Assembly (NCBI GenBank): GCA_018402195.1
Contig: JAGYIW010000005.1
Location: forward strand, 1-62,664
Origin: Gammaproteobacteria bacterium
GTDB lineage: Bacteria > Pseudomonadota > Gammaproteobacteria > M30B25
Reading direction: 5' to 3'
DNA length: 62,664 nucleotides
Shown: positions 61,364 through 62,664 of the stretch, one piece after another
Numbering within the stretch: the stretch's first letter is position 1
How the letters are laid out: each line of letters starts with the position of its first letter
Notes under the pieces: model-generated
The model's input: the letters and a program-made list of their open reading frames with translations, nothing else
Told to the model about the DNA's origin: nothing
Database searches by the model: none
Made by a program: the position numbers and the translations under genes

Positions 61364-62523
61364 TAACTATCTTCCGGTTCGTAAAGAATTTCTTCCAATG
61401 CTTCCTCAAGTGCTACCACAGCTTCATCCACCATGGGAACACGCAAAGGCCTACCAAATTTTCTCTCAGCCGCCAAATGTGCAAACACACCTGAAGACTC
61501 AACAGAAGACGTTTGCCTACCGACATCGTTCAACACATACCACAGCCGACGATCCAAAGGCTTAAGCCAAATAAACTCAGACGTAGCAAGCACGCCGTCA
61601 CACCTAGCCAACTCCAACATGGCTGCCATCACTGTCATCACATAAGCATGCCGATAAACAACTTTGGTGATCAAATTGCAATTCCGCAACTTGATCAAAG
61701 CCAATTTAGCGCCAGAAAAATCCAACCGCCCACGGCGAGCTGAATAAGAAATTTGCTCAAGCATCTTGTCGGCAAGCTTTCGCTCTCCCATAGCCCTAGC
61801 ACCAAAAATCACAAACAAAGCCTGCATATAAATGGGCAAATGATGCGCAGACTCCCAAAGGCCACCAAGCTGCTTGACAAACATATTTTTGGCGCGCCCA
61901 GGAACCAATTCCAAAACTGTTTTGCGATCTTTAACTATTTCTATGGCCAAATCATGCGTTTTGACGAAAAGCATCGGCGTTTGTCCCATGCGCCATTTAC
62001 CTTCATCAAGCTTTTCTTTCAAAATCTTAAGGCCAACCACAGGTGATACACCATGCCAGATAGCCTCCTCAGACTTCAACAAAGTTTTCATCGACTGTGT
62101 CGCATTAAAGCGCGAAGAAGCAGAACCAAAATACAGGGAAGCCGCTAACCCAGCCAGAATCAAAGCCATGGGATGGCGATAATAAAGACCCACATCAGTA
62201 CTAATTTCGGCTAAAGCAGAAAAATCAGAAGAGCCTATACCACGATTAACAACAGCAACCCAATATCGTAAAGGAGTAATATCAATGTCTGGAGCACTAG
62301 ACCACGAAGTCAGCCAATGCCAACCTTGCGCAATAAGATCGAGAAACAAGATTTCATAATAGCGTACGGTATAGACAAAACCAGCTATGATATCTTGACC
62401 AAAAAACCAAGTAGCGTAACCAATACCTACAATTAGAACAATCAGCCAAAGAAAATCTAGGGAATTATCACCACCACCGCCTCCCTGCTGCTGCTTGCCC
62501 GCCATAAGACATCCTTTATCCAC
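61363..62523 (-). CDS. icmP: Dot/Icm coupling-complex membrane protein IcmP/DotM
   Basis: 386 aa (or start at Met7). Gly-rich N-terminus, 2-3 TM segments, and a soluble C-terminal domain. Its stop overlaps the icmO start. Assigned by position upstream of icmO. Confidence 0.8.
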   Translation of the reverse strand: MDKGCLMAGKQQQGGGGGDNSLDFLWLIVLIVGIGYATWFFGQDIIAGFVYTVRYYEILFLDLIAQGWHWLTSWSSAPDIDITPLRYWVAVVNRGIGSSDFSALAEISTDVGLYYRHPMALILAGLAASLYFGSASSRFNATQSMKTLLKSEEAIWHGVSPVVGLKILKEKLDEGKWRMGQTPMLFVKTHDLAIEIVKDRKTVLELVPGRAKNMFVKQLGGLWESAHHLPIYMQALFVIFGARAMGERKLADKMLEQISYSARRGRLDFSGAKLALIKLRNCNLITKVVYRHAYVMTVMAAMLELARCDGVLATSEFIWLKPLDRRLWYVLNDVGRQTSSVESSGVFAHLAAERKFGRPLRVPMVDEAVVALEEALEEILYEPEDS

Positions 62524-62620
62524 TACCGACAGATTTTCAAGAGCTTAAAGAAAATAGCGCAAAAGTGCAACTGAAATTTATCACCTCTTGAACTAAAAGG
62601 AAACCAAACCCTTGTTACAG

Positions 62621-62664
62621 CAGCAATTCTCGGTGAAGCTACTCTGCCCAAATGTTCTGTGCAA
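62621..62664 (+). mobile_element. MITE-family TIR, copy F (runs off the window end)
   Basis: CAGCAATTCTCGGTGAAGCTACTCTGCCCAAATGTTCTGTGCAA is identical in pattern to 5089-5132 and 24130-24173. It lies 97 bp upstream of icmP. Confidence 0.8.

Overview
62.7-kb chromosomal window from a Legionellales-type (Coxiellaceae-like) intracellular gammaproteobacterium, with GC in the low 40s % by eye. The left three quarters are a housekeeping backbone in classic gammaproteobacterial synteny: glmM-folP-ftsH-[rlmE], mlaA, trmL, gpsA-secB-grxC-rhodanese | gpmI-envC-[ctpA], yhbY, rdgC, thyA-lgt, rppH, nrdAB, hemE, uvrA-MFS-ssb. This backbone is visibly decaying: rlmE, ctpA, pyrB and dusB are frameshifted or deleted remnants. 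A ~4.8-kb accessory island (about 9.6-14.4 kb) interrupts the rhodanese/gpmI junction. It consists of an Rpn/YhgA-type nuclease-transposase pseudogene split by a ~3.8-kb insertion bounded by terminal inverted repeats (TIRs). That insertion carries a multiply frameshifted eukaryotic-like Ser/Thr kinase effector gene and a compact orphan reverse transcriptase. A MITE-like repeat family with ~50-bp TIRs occurs at least 6 times and sits at most rearrangement junctions. The right quarter (46.2-62.5 kb) is a Dot/Icm type IVB secretion block on the minus strand: icmP-icmO-(P450)-icmN-icmL-icmL-icmK-icmE-icmG-icmC-icmD-icmJ-icmB. In it, a cytochrome P450 gene is inserted in the opposite orientation between icmO and icmN, icmJ/dotN is split by a frameshift, and a 48-codon hyper-acidic ORF below the ORF-track cutoff lies convergent with icmB. 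No rRNA, tRNA or CRISPR array was recognised by eye. All family assignments come from motifs read in the translations and recalled gene order; no database search was run.
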